Shown piece by piece: positions 8,798 to 19,833 of a stretch of DNA of 64,000 bases. Every line of letters starts with the position of its first letter. Position 1 is the stretch's first letter. The stretch is from Sulfurospirillaceae bacterium (GTDB lineage: Bacteria > Campylobacterota > Campylobacteria > Campylobacterales > Sulfurospirillaceae): assembly GCA_033723415.1 (NCBI GenBank), contig JAWVXD010000003.1, forward strand, positions 224,001-288,000, given 5' to 3'. Under the pieces are notes generated by a model. The model worked only from the letters and a program-made list of their open reading frames with translations, was not told where the DNA came from and searched no databases. A program made the position numbers and the translations under genes.

Positions 8798-9529
8798 TCA
8801 CACTTTAGGATCGTATTGCCATCCGCCGTCGTCATGATAGATCATCAATTTGCTCATACCTCCGTCTATGATCAAGTTTTCTCCAGTCATAAAGCTTGAT
8901 TTGTCACTGCATAAAAACTGCACGGCATTTGAGATGTCTTTTGGTACGCCGATTCTCCCAACCGGATGTTGTGCATGATCTTCTTTGGAGTATTTAGAGG
9001 CAGTTGTATCGATCCAGCCTGGTGAGATACAGTTGACACGGATCTTATCTTTGAGAGTTATAGCTAAAGCGTGAGTAAGTGCCAAGATGCCTCCTTTAGC
9101 GGCTGTATAGCATTCGGTATTTGTTTGAGATTGTAATGCTCTTGTTGATGCAATATTGACGATAGAACCATTAAGAGAAAAATGAGAAGCAAATAATTTT
9201 GCTAGCATGAAAGGTGCAGCTACGCAGAGTTTTTGCGTATAGATAAAATCATCATAATCACTATTTAAGATGCCTCCGTTGCCCATGCAGGCGTTATTTA
9301 TAAGATAGTCTATGGAATCAAATTTTTCCAAAACTACTTTGACAAAATCTTCTATCACGCGAATATCTGTGAGATCTCCCTCATAAAACATATGGCAGGG
9401 GATATCAGATGTTGTTTTATCAATGATGATGACTTTTGCATCAAATTTCATAAAATCTCTAGCTATACATTCTCCGATACCCTGAGAACCGCCTGTAACG
9501 ATGACGACTTTGTCTTTGAAGCTAAACAT
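8798..9529 (-). CDS. Short-chain dehydrogenase/reductase (SDR)
   Basis: TGGSQGIG, NNA, YTAAK catalytic motif. Confidence 0.92.
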   Translation of the reverse strand: MFSFKDKVVIVTGGSQGIGECIARDFMKFDAKVIIIDKTTSDIPCHMFYEGDLTDIRVIEDFVKVVLEKFDSIDYLINNACMGNGGILNSDYDDFIYTQKLCVAAPFMLAKLFASHFSLNGSIVNIASTRALQSQTNTECYTAAKGGILALTHALAITLKDKIRVNCISPGWIDTTASKYSKEDHAQHPVGRIGVPKDISNAVQFLCSDKSSFMTGENLIIDGGMSKLMIYHDDGGWQYDPKV

Positions 9530-9657
9530 GGTGTACCTTTGTATTTTTTAAGTATAATATTTTGTTCATATTATAGGATAAGATATTAAAAAACAGCTAA
9601 GAACATTTAAACAAACATGCTACAATCATAAAACAGAATAACTACAAAAGGATCATC

Positions 9658-10479
9658 ATGAAGTATCAACCAAATATGATTTACGGTACTGCTTGGAAAA
9701 AAGAAGCGACGGCTGATTTGGTAGAACTTGCTGTCTTTTGCGGCTTTCGTGCCATAGATACTGCATGTCAGCCTAGACATTATAGAGAAGAGCTTGTAGG
9801 GCAAGGGATTCAAAATGCACTTGTCAAAAATAACCTCAATCGAGAGGACATATATATACAGACCAAGTTCACGCCGCAAGGCGGGCAAGATCCAAGCACT
9901 ATACCTTATAATCCAAATGATGACATAGCAGAGCAGATAAAAACTTCTTTTGAAGTCTCAAAGAAAAATCTACAGACAAGTTATATAGACTCTTATATCT
10001 TACATTCGCCGATCACTCCTTATCCTGAGTTGTCCAAAGCATGGGAGGTGATGGAGTCATTTGTTGATGCAGGGGAGGTTGGGCAGATAGGTATTAGCAA
10101 TTGTTATGATCTATCATTGTTGGCTAGGATTTATCATGATGCAGAAATAAAGCCAAAAGTTTTACAAAATAGATTTTATAATCAAACTGATTATGACAAC
10201 GAATTGAGAGCATTTTGCAAAAGTTTGGATATAGGGTATCAAAGTTTTTGGAGTTTGAGTGCGAATCCTCATATATTGGCTTCACCTGTGGTTCAAACTT
10301 TAGCAAAAAAATACCAAAAAACAAATGAGCAGATCTTTTATAGATTTTTAACGCAGATAGACATAACCCCGCTAAATGGAACTACGTCAAAGAAACATAT
10401 GCTAGAAGATTTGGATATATTCTCGTTTGTACTTTTACAGGAAGAATTAGATTCTATTTCTGTTTATATCAATCTTTAA
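9658..10479 (+). CDS. Aldo/keto reductase
   Basis: YGTAWK, IDTA, Y.EE.VG, QTKF, LHSP, IGISN motifs. Confidence 0.9.
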   Translation: MKYQPNMIYGTAWKKEATADLVELAVFCGFRAIDTACQPRHYREELVGQGIQNALVKNNLNREDIYIQTKFTPQGGQDPSTIPYNPNDDIAEQIKTSFEVSKKNLQTSYIDSYILHSPITPYPELSKAWEVMESFVDAGEVGQIGISNCYDLSLLARIYHDAEIKPKVLQNRFYNQTDYDNELRAFCKSLDIGYQSFWSLSANPHILASPVVQTLAKKYQKTNEQIFYRFLTQIDITPLNGTTSKKHMLEDLDIFSFVLLQEELDSISVYINL

Positions 10480-10481
10480 GA

Positions 10482-13475
10482 TCATGTGCTAAAATTAAAT
10501 TTCTTTTCATGAAAGATCTTCAAGCAAGCATCTACCGTAACCGGATCATACGCACTTCCTCGTCCAGCTTTTATCTCATCCAGAGCATACTTGATGCCTC
10601 TTGATGGACGGTAAGGTCTGTGTGAAGAGATTGCTTCTACGACATCTGCAACGCTTATGATCTTTGCTTCGAGTAGGATTTCATCCCCGAAAAGTCCTTG
10701 GGGATAGCCGGATCCGTCTATCTTTTCGTGATGTTGTAAAATAGTCTCTGCTATAGGCCAAGGGAAATTGATATTTTTTAAGATATCATAGCCTGTTTGT
10801 GGATGCATCTGGATTAGTTTATATTCTAGCTCATTGAGCTTGCCAGGTTTGGAGAGTATTTCTGCCGGAACATGTATCTTACCTAGGTCATGTATAATAC
10901 CTGCAAATTCTACACCTCTAATTTGTTCAGGAGGTAAGTTCATCTCTTTAGCGATTGCCGTTGCTAGTTCTGTGACACGTCGTTGGTGACCCGCAGTATA
11001 AGGGTCTCTTGATTCCAGTGTATCTGCTATAGCTTGAATTGACTGTTCCAAACTTTGTTGCAGTTGTAGTGTGTTTTGCTCATGCTCTACGCGAGTACGC
11101 AGGGTAAAAATACCATAAACCAAATCGTTTGCCAGCTCTTCAAGTAGTTTTATCTCTTCTTCATCAAATAAATCAACTTCGTTTGAATAGATGCTTAAAG
11201 CACCAAAAACAGTGCCGTTATGTAAAAGTGGAAGAGCGATATTTGATTCAAAGGAGTATGATTTGCAAGTATATTTCCACGGTTTGTATCCAGGTTCATT
11301 TTGAATATTCCTACAAACCTGTGTCGTACCTTTTCTTATAGCTTTTGCTGATGGCAACTGACTTTTTGGTGTATACTCCCAGCTTAGATGATCATCATAA
11401 AAGTAGTGTCCCTGATCCCCTGACCAAGCTCTTAGGATCATACTTTTTTCTTTGTCATTTTCAGCGTATACAATGGTCGCCAGAGCGTAGCCACCGGTTT
11501 GTACGATAATATTGGTTATCGTGTGTATCAACTCATCTTCATTTGATGCTTTCACCAGTGCTAGATTTACCGCAAATAGCGTTTTGAGAGTACGATTGGC
11601 ACGATTTATTAAGACTTCTGATTCTTTACGTTCCGTGATATCCCGGTCAATTCCCCGATATCCTACTAGTTTTTTATTTTCATCAAAAAATGGTATACCG
11701 CTTGTTTCTAAAACAACAATATGTCCATCTTTATGGATACAATTATTTTCTAGTGCTACGATTGGCATTTGTTTATCTACAAATTTTTTAAATACCATTC
11801 TGATATCTTGAACTTCGTCTTTTGGTATAAAAGCCAAAATTGATTTGCCAAGCATTTCTGTTTGTTTATATCCAAGTAGTATTTCAACTTGTGGACTGAC
11901 ATAGGTATAGATTCCATTATTGTCTACCTCCCATATCAAATCACTCGTGGATTCAACAAGTGAGCGAAATTTTTCTTCACTTTTACGCAACAATTTCTCT
12001 GTTTGAACACGCTCCGTTATATCACGTATAATACTCAATATATAAGGTTTTTCGAGTTTGATAAGTGTAATAATTGCATCAACAGGAAAGGTAGAACCAT
12101 CTTTGCGTCTATGTATAGTTTCAAAGTGAACACTTCCCTCTCTTTGTATCTTCCTTTGAATTTTCTTTGCTGATTTTTCATCGAATTTTACATCTATGTC
12201 AAAGATATTCATAGAGAGCATCTCTTCACGACTATATCCCAATATCTTGCATTCAGTCTCATTTACGTCTATAAAATTCAATGTTGAAGGGTCAACGATT
12301 TCGATAGCATCATTAGAATGATCTATTAGGGTGCGAAAGAGCTTTAAACGTTCTTCAGATTTTATTCGGTCAGTGATATCTATACCGATTCCGACAACAT
12401 TCATACCGAATTTTGTTTTTATCCTATGTCCGGTTATTGTGTAGAAGCGAACATCATTTGCAAGAAGTAAACGAATCTCTACAGAGGCATTGCCGAGGTT
12501 AAAAGCTTTTTGAAGATTTTGCATTGCATATTCTCTGTCATCTTCATGCACAAAGCTCATAACATCTGTTCCTGCCATCTCTTTAGATGAGAGTCCTGCC
12601 AGTTCCTCAAACTTTTTGTTCCATCGTACCATCTTGGCATTGTGATCAACAAAGAAAAACAGGCCAGGTAGACTTTGAATTAAGCTTTCTGAAAACGATT
12701 TTTCCTCTTGAATCTTTTCTTCTGATAATTTTTGCTCTGTAACATCACGAAAAAAACCTGCAACATAATTCTTATCGGAAAGCATAAAGGAAGAGGTATT
12801 GACATCTGCGAAAAAGATCGTTCCGTCTTTACGTTTTACCGGTAGTTCTTTTGCAAGTTTAATCTCACCTTTTGCCTGCCGTTCAAATTGATTCAATACA
12901 TAAGGTAGATCTTCTGTAGGGTGAATATCATCAACGTATAAAGAAAGCATCTTTTTTTGTGTGTAACCTAACATCTTACAGATTTGCGTATTTACCATAG
13001 TTATCTTTTTAGTGATGACATCAGCAACAACGATCCCATCTTGGGCACCATCGAAAATCGTTTTAAATTTAAGTTCGGATTTTTTCAGTGATTCTTGAGA
13101 AAGAAGACGTTCAGTGATATCTTCTAAAATATGTATGGAGTATAGATATTTACCGTTTTTATCAGAAATTGCGTAAGAGATAGAACGAAAAAAAGTTTTT
13201 TCAACTTGTACAGTCTCTTCATGTCCTTTTTCAGTCGGTTTTTTTTGTTCTTGTATACAACTATCAAGTGGTGCGTTTGATTTTGGAAATACTTCAAAGT
13301 AGCGATGTCCGATGATTTCTTCGAAAGGAACTCCTGCAAATCTTTGATAGGCTTTATTACAGCGTAAGATGCAAAAATCTTTGTCATGTATAAATATAGC
13401 ATCATCAATGGCATCCAATGCTGTTATCCACTCTTGATGTGCATGTTCGATTTGGTTACATGTTCCATCTGCCAT
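10482..13475 (-). CDS. Multi-PAS, GAF, HD-GYP c-di-GMP phosphodiesterase
   Basis: About five PAS/PAC repeats ending in D(I/V)T(E/D)R/Q, a GAF region, then HDLGK and HHEKIDGSGYP. Confidence 0.92.
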   Translation of the reverse strand: MADGTCNQIEHAHQEWITALDAIDDAIFIHDKDFCILRCNKAYQRFAGVPFEEIIGHRYFEVFPKSNAPLDSCIQEQKKPTEKGHEETVQVEKTFFRSISYAISDKNGKYLYSIHILEDITERLLSQESLKKSELKFKTIFDGAQDGIVVADVITKKITMVNTQICKMLGYTQKKMLSLYVDDIHPTEDLPYVLNQFERQAKGEIKLAKELPVKRKDGTIFFADVNTSSFMLSDKNYVAGFFRDVTEQKLSEEKIQEEKSFSESLIQSLPGLFFFVDHNAKMVRWNKKFEELAGLSSKEMAGTDVMSFVHEDDREYAMQNLQKAFNLGNASVEIRLLLANDVRFYTITGHRIKTKFGMNVVGIGIDITDRIKSEERLKLFRTLIDHSNDAIEIVDPSTLNFIDVNETECKILGYSREEMLSMNIFDIDVKFDEKSAKKIQRKIQREGSVHFETIHRRKDGSTFPVDAIITLIKLEKPYILSIIRDITERVQTEKLLRKSEEKFRSLVESTSDLIWEVDNNGIYTYVSPQVEILLGYKQTEMLGKSILAFIPKDEVQDIRMVFKKFVDKQMPIVALENNCIHKDGHIVVLETSGIPFFDENKKLVGYRGIDRDITERKESEVLINRANRTLKTLFAVNLALVKASNEDELIHTITNIIVQTGGYALATIVYAENDKEKSMILRAWSGDQGHYFYDDHLSWEYTPKSQLPSAKAIRKGTTQVCRNIQNEPGYKPWKYTCKSYSFESNIALPLLHNGTVFGALSIYSNEVDLFDEEEIKLLEELANDLVYGIFTLRTRVEHEQNTLQLQQSLEQSIQAIADTLESRDPYTAGHQRRVTELATAIAKEMNLPPEQIRGVEFAGIIHDLGKIHVPAEILSKPGKLNELEYKLIQMHPQTGYDILKNINFPWPIAETILQHHEKIDGSGYPQGLFGDEILLEAKIISVADVVEAISSHRPYRPSRGIKYALDEIKAGRGSAYDPVTVDACLKIFHEKKFNFST

Positions 13476-13589
13476 AAGTTCAACTCCTTATGTTTGCAGT
13501 TATACATAGATGATAAGTTGTTTGCTAATATTGTAACACAAATTATCAGGAAATTCTGTTAACACTCTAATTTTGAGCAAATCAATGTA

Positions 13590-14528
13590 CTATTTTGCTA
13601 CTCTTACGCAATTACGTTCACTTTTTTTTGCTTGATATAAAGCCATATCGGCGGCTTTCAGCAGATGTTCTTTATCCTGGTATTCATCATCTGAGATAGT
13701 AGATACGCCAAGACTTACTGTGATTTTACCAAGTGGTACATTTTCATGTTTGATATCTAGCATTTCTACAGATAAGCGAATACTTTCTGCCATATTCTTT
13801 GCTTCAAAAATATCAGTGTCAAATGCGATGATGACAAGCTCTTCTCCACCATATCTTGCAGCTAGATCACCGGCTCTGCGAGTTGATTTTTTTAAAACTT
13901 TAGCAATTTTTTTTATGCATTTATCACCCATCTGATGTCCATATAGATCATTGTAGCTTTTGAAAAAGTCTATATCTAGCATGATAATGGAAAAAGGCTT
14001 TTGTGTTCGTTTAAATCTTGCCCATTCATTTTTGAGCATATTATCAAAATGACGACGGTTTGCAAGATTTGTGAGGCTATCTGTTATGGAGAGTGCCTGA
14101 AGTTTTCGATTCACCTTTACCAACTCCATCTCTACTTCTTTTATATGGGTTATATCAATGATGTATCCTACCCAAATAACCGAGCCGTGTTTCTTTGCAC
14201 TTGTTGGTTTAGATGATAGCTGAACCCATCTAACCTGTCCACTAGGATGTAATATCCTTACTTCAGAGACAAAAAGTTTATTTGTTTTATTTGCTTTTTT
14301 ATTTTCTGCGAGTATTCGTTCAATGTCATCAGGGTGAACCATCTCCCAAAATCGGTTCAAATTTTCCATAAAATACTCTGGTGGATGTCCTAATATATTT
14401 AGAGTCGATGGGGTAATGTAGAGAAGTTCTGAGTTTTTTTCATTATAAAAGACATACTCATATAAAACTGCAGGTAAAATATTTAGAAAATTTCCAATCA
14501 TTTCCTTTGCAAGCATTATATTCTCCAA
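13590..14528 (-). CDS. PAS-GGDEF diguanylate cyclase (GGEEL variant)
   Basis: VHPDD PAS, DSLTNLANRR, DIDFFK, RAGD I-site, RYGGEEL. Start uncertain (TTG 14528 or ATG 14516). Confidence 0.88.
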   Translation of the reverse strand: MENIMLAKEMIGNFLNILPAVLYEYVFYNEKNSELLYITPSTLNILGHPPEYFMENLNRFWEMVHPDDIERILAENKKANKTNKLFVSEVRILHPSGQVRWVQLSSKPTSAKKHGSVIWVGYIIDITHIKEVEMELVKVNRKLQALSITDSLTNLANRRHFDNMLKNEWARFKRTQKPFSIIMLDIDFFKSYNDLYGHQMGDKCIKKIAKVLKKSTRRAGDLAARYGGEELVIIAFDTDIFEAKNMAESIRLSVEMLDIKHENVPLGKITVSLGVSTISDDEYQDKEHLLKAADMALYQAKKSERNCVRVAK

Positions 14529-14667
14529 CTTTTATCAATACTTTACTCTAAGAAAGTCACTATCCTTTTTTATACCTCTGCCAATGATTAATATTTTTAT
14601 CTACTACCATTCTACTACATAAAATATTAATAATTTATATAGTAGAAATTTAGATTTTGATGTTGTT

Positions 14668-15906
14668 TTATTGCCTTTTTTCTAAAGATTTCTCTCTCAG
14701 TTTATCTTTCTTACTTTTTCTCTTGCCTTTTATCGGTGCTTTCCCTTTCTCTCTGACTGGCGTTTCACCCGTAAGTTCAAAGCCTTGAATCTGCTCTGAT
14801 ACAAGATTGATCTCACACCTTTTTTGGATTAGTGCAAAATGATCTTTGTCTTCATGAGATATAAATGAGATCGAAATTCCGTATTTCCCAGCACGTGCAG
14901 TTCGACCGATTCTGTGGATATAATCAGCCGGAGCTCTAGGTAAGTCAAAGTTGATCACACACTCTATATCGTCGATATCCAAACCGCGTGCTGCGATATC
15001 GGTAGCAAATAAGATACGAATCTTTTTGTTTTTGAAATCTTGAAGTGTAAGATTGCGTTCTTCTTGATCTAAATTTCCATGAAACGAATCAGCGATAAAT
15101 CCATGTTTCCTAAACTTTTGAGCTATGTTGTCTGCGGCTCTTTTATTTGCCATAAATACCAGGACCAATTTCCACTTTTGCGTGTTCAAAAGATGTCTCA
15201 GAAGGGGACCTCGATTTTCACGATTGACTTCGATCACACGCTGGTTGATGCTCTCTACTGTTGGCTTTTCTTGGAAGATCGTTACTTCTATAGGATTATG
15301 TGTGATTTTTGAAGCGATCTCTTGCATTTTAGGCGGATAAGTAGCTGAAAACAAAAGATTTTGACGCTGTTTGGGTAATTCTTCGAGTATCAACTCTAGC
15401 TCTTGTGCAAATCCAAGATCTAGCATCTTATCGGCTTCATCAAGAACGAAAAACTCTAGTTTGGATAGATTCATCTGCTTTTTGCTGAGTACATCTAACA
15501 ATCTTCCTGATGTCGCTACAACGATATCACAACCTTGTTGTACATCATAGAGCTGATTACCTATACTCTCACCTCCGATTATACTCACAACTTTAGGTTT
15601 TCTCGGTAAAAATTCACCAAAAGTTCTAAATGCTTGAGATACTTGGAGTGTTAATTCTCTTGTCGGTGTAAGAACTAGTGTTTTGATCTTGGATTTTCCC
15701 TCTTTCTTATCATGTGAACTGAGTTCTAAGATAGGTAAAATAAAACTTGCACTTTTCCCGCTGCCTGTTTGAGCTTGTGCCATCACATCCTTTCGTGCCA
15801 GTACAAGTGGGATGACTTTGGATTGGATAGGTGTCGGAGTTATATAATCACTCTTTTCAAGTGCTTGTTCGATACCGGGTGATAGTTTGAATGCTGAAAA
15901 TGACAT
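14668..15906 (-). CDS. DEAD-box RNA helicase (RhlE-like)
   Basis: Q motif TPIQ, AQTGSGKS, PTREL, DEAD, SAT, HRIGRTAR; basic C-tail. Confidence 0.95.
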   Translation of the reverse strand: MSFSAFKLSPGIEQALEKSDYITPTPIQSKVIPLVLARKDVMAQAQTGSGKSASFILPILELSSHDKKEGKSKIKTLVLTPTRELTLQVSQAFRTFGEFLPRKPKVVSIIGGESIGNQLYDVQQGCDIVVATSGRLLDVLSKKQMNLSKLEFFVLDEADKMLDLGFAQELELILEELPKQRQNLLFSATYPPKMQEIASKITHNPIEVTIFQEKPTVESINQRVIEVNRENRGPLLRHLLNTQKWKLVLVFMANKRAADNIAQKFRKHGFIADSFHGNLDQEERNLTLQDFKNKKIRILFATDIAARGLDIDDIECVINFDLPRAPADYIHRIGRTARAGKYGISISFISHEDKDHFALIQKRCEINLVSEQIQGFELTGETPVREKGKAPIKGKRKSKKDKLREKSLEKRQ

Positions 15907-16095
15907 AGATGTTTTCCTGATTTTTCTTTAATAGTATTGTATGGAAGTTTCGCTTTATATTGGTTTGAAAAGTAACCATAGATATATGAATAATCCAATA
16001 TATAAGTAATAATTTTGTCAAAGATTGCAAATAGATGAAAAACATCATATAATATTTGCTATTGGTTTTCATCTTCTGCATATAAATAAAGGAAT

Positions 16096-18486
16096 ATGAG
16101 AATGAAAGATAGAAAATATACTTTTAGAGTCAGTATACTTACACTTTTTGGAATCTTGACTTTTGTTATCTCTGTATTTTTAATAGCAAGTTTTTATACA
16201 AGAGGGATAATCTCTGCAAATAAGACTATATCTTTGAAAAATACAGAAGTTACCAAAAATATCATCAATAATATAACTTCTTCTTTGCAAAGGATATCTT
16301 CTCAATTATCCGTACTTTCTGGTTCAACCAGAGATGTTGATGTTTTAAAATCCAAAGATGTCTCATCAAAGATCATGTGGGAAGAACTCAAAAGTAACAG
16401 CTACATAGCAAGTATATTTATGGGCGATGAAAAAGGTAATTTTTTGCAAGTAAGACGCACACCTTCTCTTGTAGTGCGTGAGATCAAGATGTCAGGAGGG
16501 AAAGGTCAGGATATATGGAAATCTAAAGATGAAAATTACAACACAATATCAGTAAAATCTTCTCCTGCTACATATGATGCAAGAACTAGAAATTGGTATA
16601 AGAAAGCCAATAAAAATGACACTGTTTATTGGACTAAACCATATATTTTTGCTTCAACACACTCGATTGGAATCACGGCTGCTCTTCCTACGATCAATGC
16701 TTTCGGTCAAAAAGTTAAAGTCGTAGCAGCTGATTTTACACTTGACAGTATCAATGATATGTTAAAAGAACAGGGGAAGGATATGGATGAAGACTTGATC
16801 ATATTCTCTAGTAACCAAGATGTGATCGCCTCTTCCTTCGATTATGATACAAAAAATTCTAGAGGAAAGCTCATAACGATAGAAGATTTAGCCTCAACAA
16901 AGATTAAAAATTTATATGAACAGATGGAAAAAGGTCAATTTGACGGTGAAGTGACAGATAAAAACGCAGAAGAGTTTATATATTCTATTTCCCCTTTTAA
17001 ATTGATATCCGGTGAACATTTGTATCTTGCTACCTTGGTTGAAAAAAGCAAAGTTATCGGAGATTTACAGTATACACTTTATATGACGATACTCTTGTCT
17101 ATTTTTATTATATGTGTGGTTTCTGTGATTATATGGATATTACTCAATAGATGGGTTATAGAGCCGTTACAAAAGTTAAAACAGATTACAAAGAGTGTAG
17201 CAAAGCATGATTTTGATTCTGTACAACATGTAAGCAGCCAAATTGTAGAATTTAACAATCTCTCTAAATCTTTGGTAACAATGGCGCGGTCTATCAAGCA
17301 ATATCAAGAAGATCAGAAAAATTTGATGGATTCTTTTATCAAGCTAATAGCAGATGCTATTGACTCCAAATCACCTTATACGGGAGGGCATTGTGCGAGA
17401 GTGCCGGAGATTGCCATCATGTTGGCAAAAAACGTGAGTGATAGCAAGGATCCAATATTCAAGGATTTTAAACTCAATACCAAGGATAAATGGCGTGAGT
17501 TTAAGATAGCCGCTTGGTTACATGACTGCGGTAAAGTAACCACTCCTGAGTATGTCGTAGACAAAGCGACAAAGCTAGAAACCATTTATAACAGAATTCA
17601 TGAAATACGGGCGAGATTTGAAATCTTGTACCGTGATGCCATCATCCAATATTATGAGCATCTATGTAAAAATCCGGATGACAAAGATAAACTTCAAGCT
17701 CAACTAAATGAAACATTTGCCAAGCTTAAAGAGGATTTTGAGTTTGTCGCAGAGTGTAATATAGGCAGTGAATTCATGAGTGATGATAAAATGCAAAGAC
17801 TAAGAGAGATATCAGATGCAACTTGGACAGAACATTTTGATCATAGAATAGGGCTATCAGAGGCCGAAAAAGCAAGAATAACAAATATCGATGAAGCTTA
17901 TGAACCAAGGAAAAGAAAATTGCTTGAGGATAGATCTGAGCATCTAATAAAACGTAGACGAGAGATAAATCTTAAACAATACGAAAAGTACGGATTCAAA
18001 GTGGATATTCCGGATTATGCTTACAATTATGGAGAACTCTACAATTTGTGCATATCGAAAGGTACACTTACTCATGAAGAAAGATTTAAGATCAATGAAC
18101 ATATTATCATGACGATTAAAATGCTTGGAGAATTGCCTTTTACAAATAATCTAAAAAGAATCCCAGAATATGCGGGAACTCATCATGAAACTATGAACGG
18201 TACAGGATATCCGAGAAAACTAACCAGAGATGAGATATCAATACCCGGTAGAATTATGGCGATAGCTGATATATTTGAAGCTTTAACTGCTTCAGATAGA
18301 CCTTATAAGAAAGCAAAAAAACTCTCAGAAGCTATTAAAATTATGGGTTTTATGAAAATAGATCAACATATAGATCCTGATATTTTTGATATATTCCTAA
18401 AAAATGAAATTTTTAAGGAATATGCAGAAAAATTTCTACCGAAAGATCAAATTGATGATGTTAATATTGATGACTATATAAAATAA
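16096..18486 (+). CDS. Cache-HAMP-HD-GYP phosphodiesterase (HD domain with large insertion)
   Basis: Two TM helices flanking a Cache-like region (YDARTRNWY, WTKPY), HAMP, WLHDCGK, HHETMNGTGYP. Confidence 0.9.
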   Translation: MRMKDRKYTFRVSILTLFGILTFVISVFLIASFYTRGIISANKTISLKNTEVTKNIINNITSSLQRISSQLSVLSGSTRDVDVLKSKDVSSKIMWEELKSNSYIASIFMGDEKGNFLQVRRTPSLVVREIKMSGGKGQDIWKSKDENYNTISVKSSPATYDARTRNWYKKANKNDTVYWTKPYIFASTHSIGITAALPTINAFGQKVKVVAADFTLDSINDMLKEQGKDMDEDLIIFSSNQDVIASSFDYDTKNSRGKLITIEDLASTKIKNLYEQMEKGQFDGEVTDKNAEEFIYSISPFKLISGEHLYLATLVEKSKVIGDLQYTLYMTILLSIFIICVVSVIIWILLNRWVIEPLQKLKQITKSVAKHDFDSVQHVSSQIVEFNNLSKSLVTMARSIKQYQEDQKNLMDSFIKLIADAIDSKSPYTGGHCARVPEIAIMLAKNVSDSKDPIFKDFKLNTKDKWREFKIAAWLHDCGKVTTPEYVVDKATKLETIYNRIHEIRARFEILYRDAIIQYYEHLCKNPDDKDKLQAQLNETFAKLKEDFEFVAECNIGSEFMSDDKMQRLREISDATWTEHFDHRIGLSEAEKARITNIDEAYEPRKRKLLEDRSEHLIKRRREINLKQYEKYGFKVDIPDYAYNYGELYNLCISKGTLTHEERFKINEHIIMTIKMLGELPFTNNLKRIPEYAGTHHETMNGTGYPRKLTRDEISIPGRIMAIADIFEALTASDRPYKKAKKLSEAIKIMGFMKIDQHIDPDIFDIFLKNEIFKEYAEKFLPKDQIDDVNIDDYIK

Positions 18487-18590
18487 TAGATTATCAAGGC
18501 TGCGTATTTATTTTGTATTTAAGCTACTAAAGTATTATAACACTGAAATCTTTTAATGAATTCAACCAAAAAAAGGAAAAGGACTACTTT

Positions 18591-19424
18591 ATGAAAATCG
18601 TAAAAATAGCAGCTATTGGTCTCGTGATGAGCGGAGCTTTGTTTGCATCTTCAAATCTTGATCAAAAAGTGATAAATTTTGAAAAGCAAAGATTTATGAC
18701 ACACAAAAACCTGACTTTAACAAAAGTAGAGATCGTAAAAAAAGCAAAAGTGCCATACGGCGAGTGGTATGGATATATCCTGAGTATTCAGGCAAACGTT
18801 CCTGGTCATGGCATGGTTTCCGGGCATGACACAATATTTTCAAATGGTGAAATCGTTGCTCCGGAACTGGTCAACATGAAAAGCGGAGATAGTTTTAAAA
18901 GTTTACTTTCTCTCAAAGTTACTAGTGCCTACTATAAGCCGGATCATTTGATTGCAGGAAATATTAATGCAAAAAACAAAGTCGTAGTATTTTCTGATCC
19001 ACTTTGTCCTTTCTGCATCAAAGCACTTCCAGGCATAATCAAAAAAGCAAAAGACAATCCTAATAAGATAGCACTTTATTATTATCAGTTTCCACTTTTG
19101 TCTATACACCCGGCATCAGATGTTGTTACTAAGGCTATGATTGTTGCTAAAAGAGAAGGCATCAAAAATGTTGAAGCAAAAATTTATAATGCGGATCTTG
19201 ATAAGCATTTATCTGTAAGCGAAAAAAATCGACAAAAAATTCTTGACAATGTCAACAAGGTTCTTAAAACCAATATCACGCTAAAAGATATCAGCGATGC
19301 ATCACTAAATAAAGAAATTCGCTCCGATATGAAAATGGGTGCTGATGTTATGGTTCGAGGTACGCCAACCATTTTTGTAAATGGTGTCAAAGATACAAGT
19401 AGAACCATTTTCCAAAATTTATAA
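18591..19424 (+). CDS. Periplasmic DsbA/DsbC-like thioredoxin-fold protein
   Basis: Signal peptide, FSDPLCPFC, cis-Pro loop GTPT. Confidence 0.85.
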   Translation: MKIVKIAAIGLVMSGALFASSNLDQKVINFEKQRFMTHKNLTLTKVEIVKKAKVPYGEWYGYILSIQANVPGHGMVSGHDTIFSNGEIVAPELVNMKSGDSFKSLLSLKVTSAYYKPDHLIAGNINAKNKVVVFSDPLCPFCIKALPGIIKKAKDNPNKIALYYYQFPLLSIHPASDVVTKAMIVAKREGIKNVEAKIYNADLDKHLSVSEKNRQKILDNVNKVLKTNITLKDISDASLNKEIRSDMKMGADVMVRGTPTIFVNGVKDTSRTIFQNL

Positions 19425-19430
19425 AGGCAG

Positions 19431-19458
19431 AAGAAGCTGCCAAATTAGGCGGCTTCTT
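19431..19458. terminator. Hairpin between convergent genes, probable bidirectional terminator
   Basis: AAGAAGCTGCC-AAATTA-GGCGGCTTCTT. Confidence 0.7.
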
Positions 19459-19464
19459 GATTGT

Positions 19465-19833
19465 TTATTTTAAGTTTGAAATATACGCAGCTACTGCGTC
19501 AATGTCTGCATCACTCAGATCTTTGGCTTGTAAATTCATAGCCAAAGCATTATCTCCCTGTTTTGTACCGGCTCTGTAGCTTTTTAGAGAGTCTATGATC
19601 TTATCTTTTGGCCAGCCGGCTATAATGTTTGATACACCAAATGCATGTTGATTTGCTTTTATACCATGACAGCTGGCACATCTTTTGAAGACGATTGCTC
19701 CACGGCTTGCTCCAGAAGAAGCTGATTCTGAACTGCTAGTATTTGAATTCATCATACCAGATCCCATCATCATACCTCCGGCAAAAAGTGAAGATGCTAG
19801 GGTAGTAGCAAAAATAAGACAGTATCTTTTCAT
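19465..19833 (-). CDS. Monoheme class I cytochrome c (c553-like)
   Basis: Signal peptide from ATG 19833 (GGAG RBS), CASCH heme motif, distal Met (LAMN), LSDADIDAVAAYI end. Confidence 0.9.
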   Translation of the reverse strand: MKRYCLIFATTLASSLFAGGMMMGSGMMNSNTSSSESASSGASRGAIVFKRCASCHGIKANQHAFGVSNIIAGWPKDKIIDSLKSYRAGTKQGDNALAMNLQAKDLSDADIDAVAAYISNLK

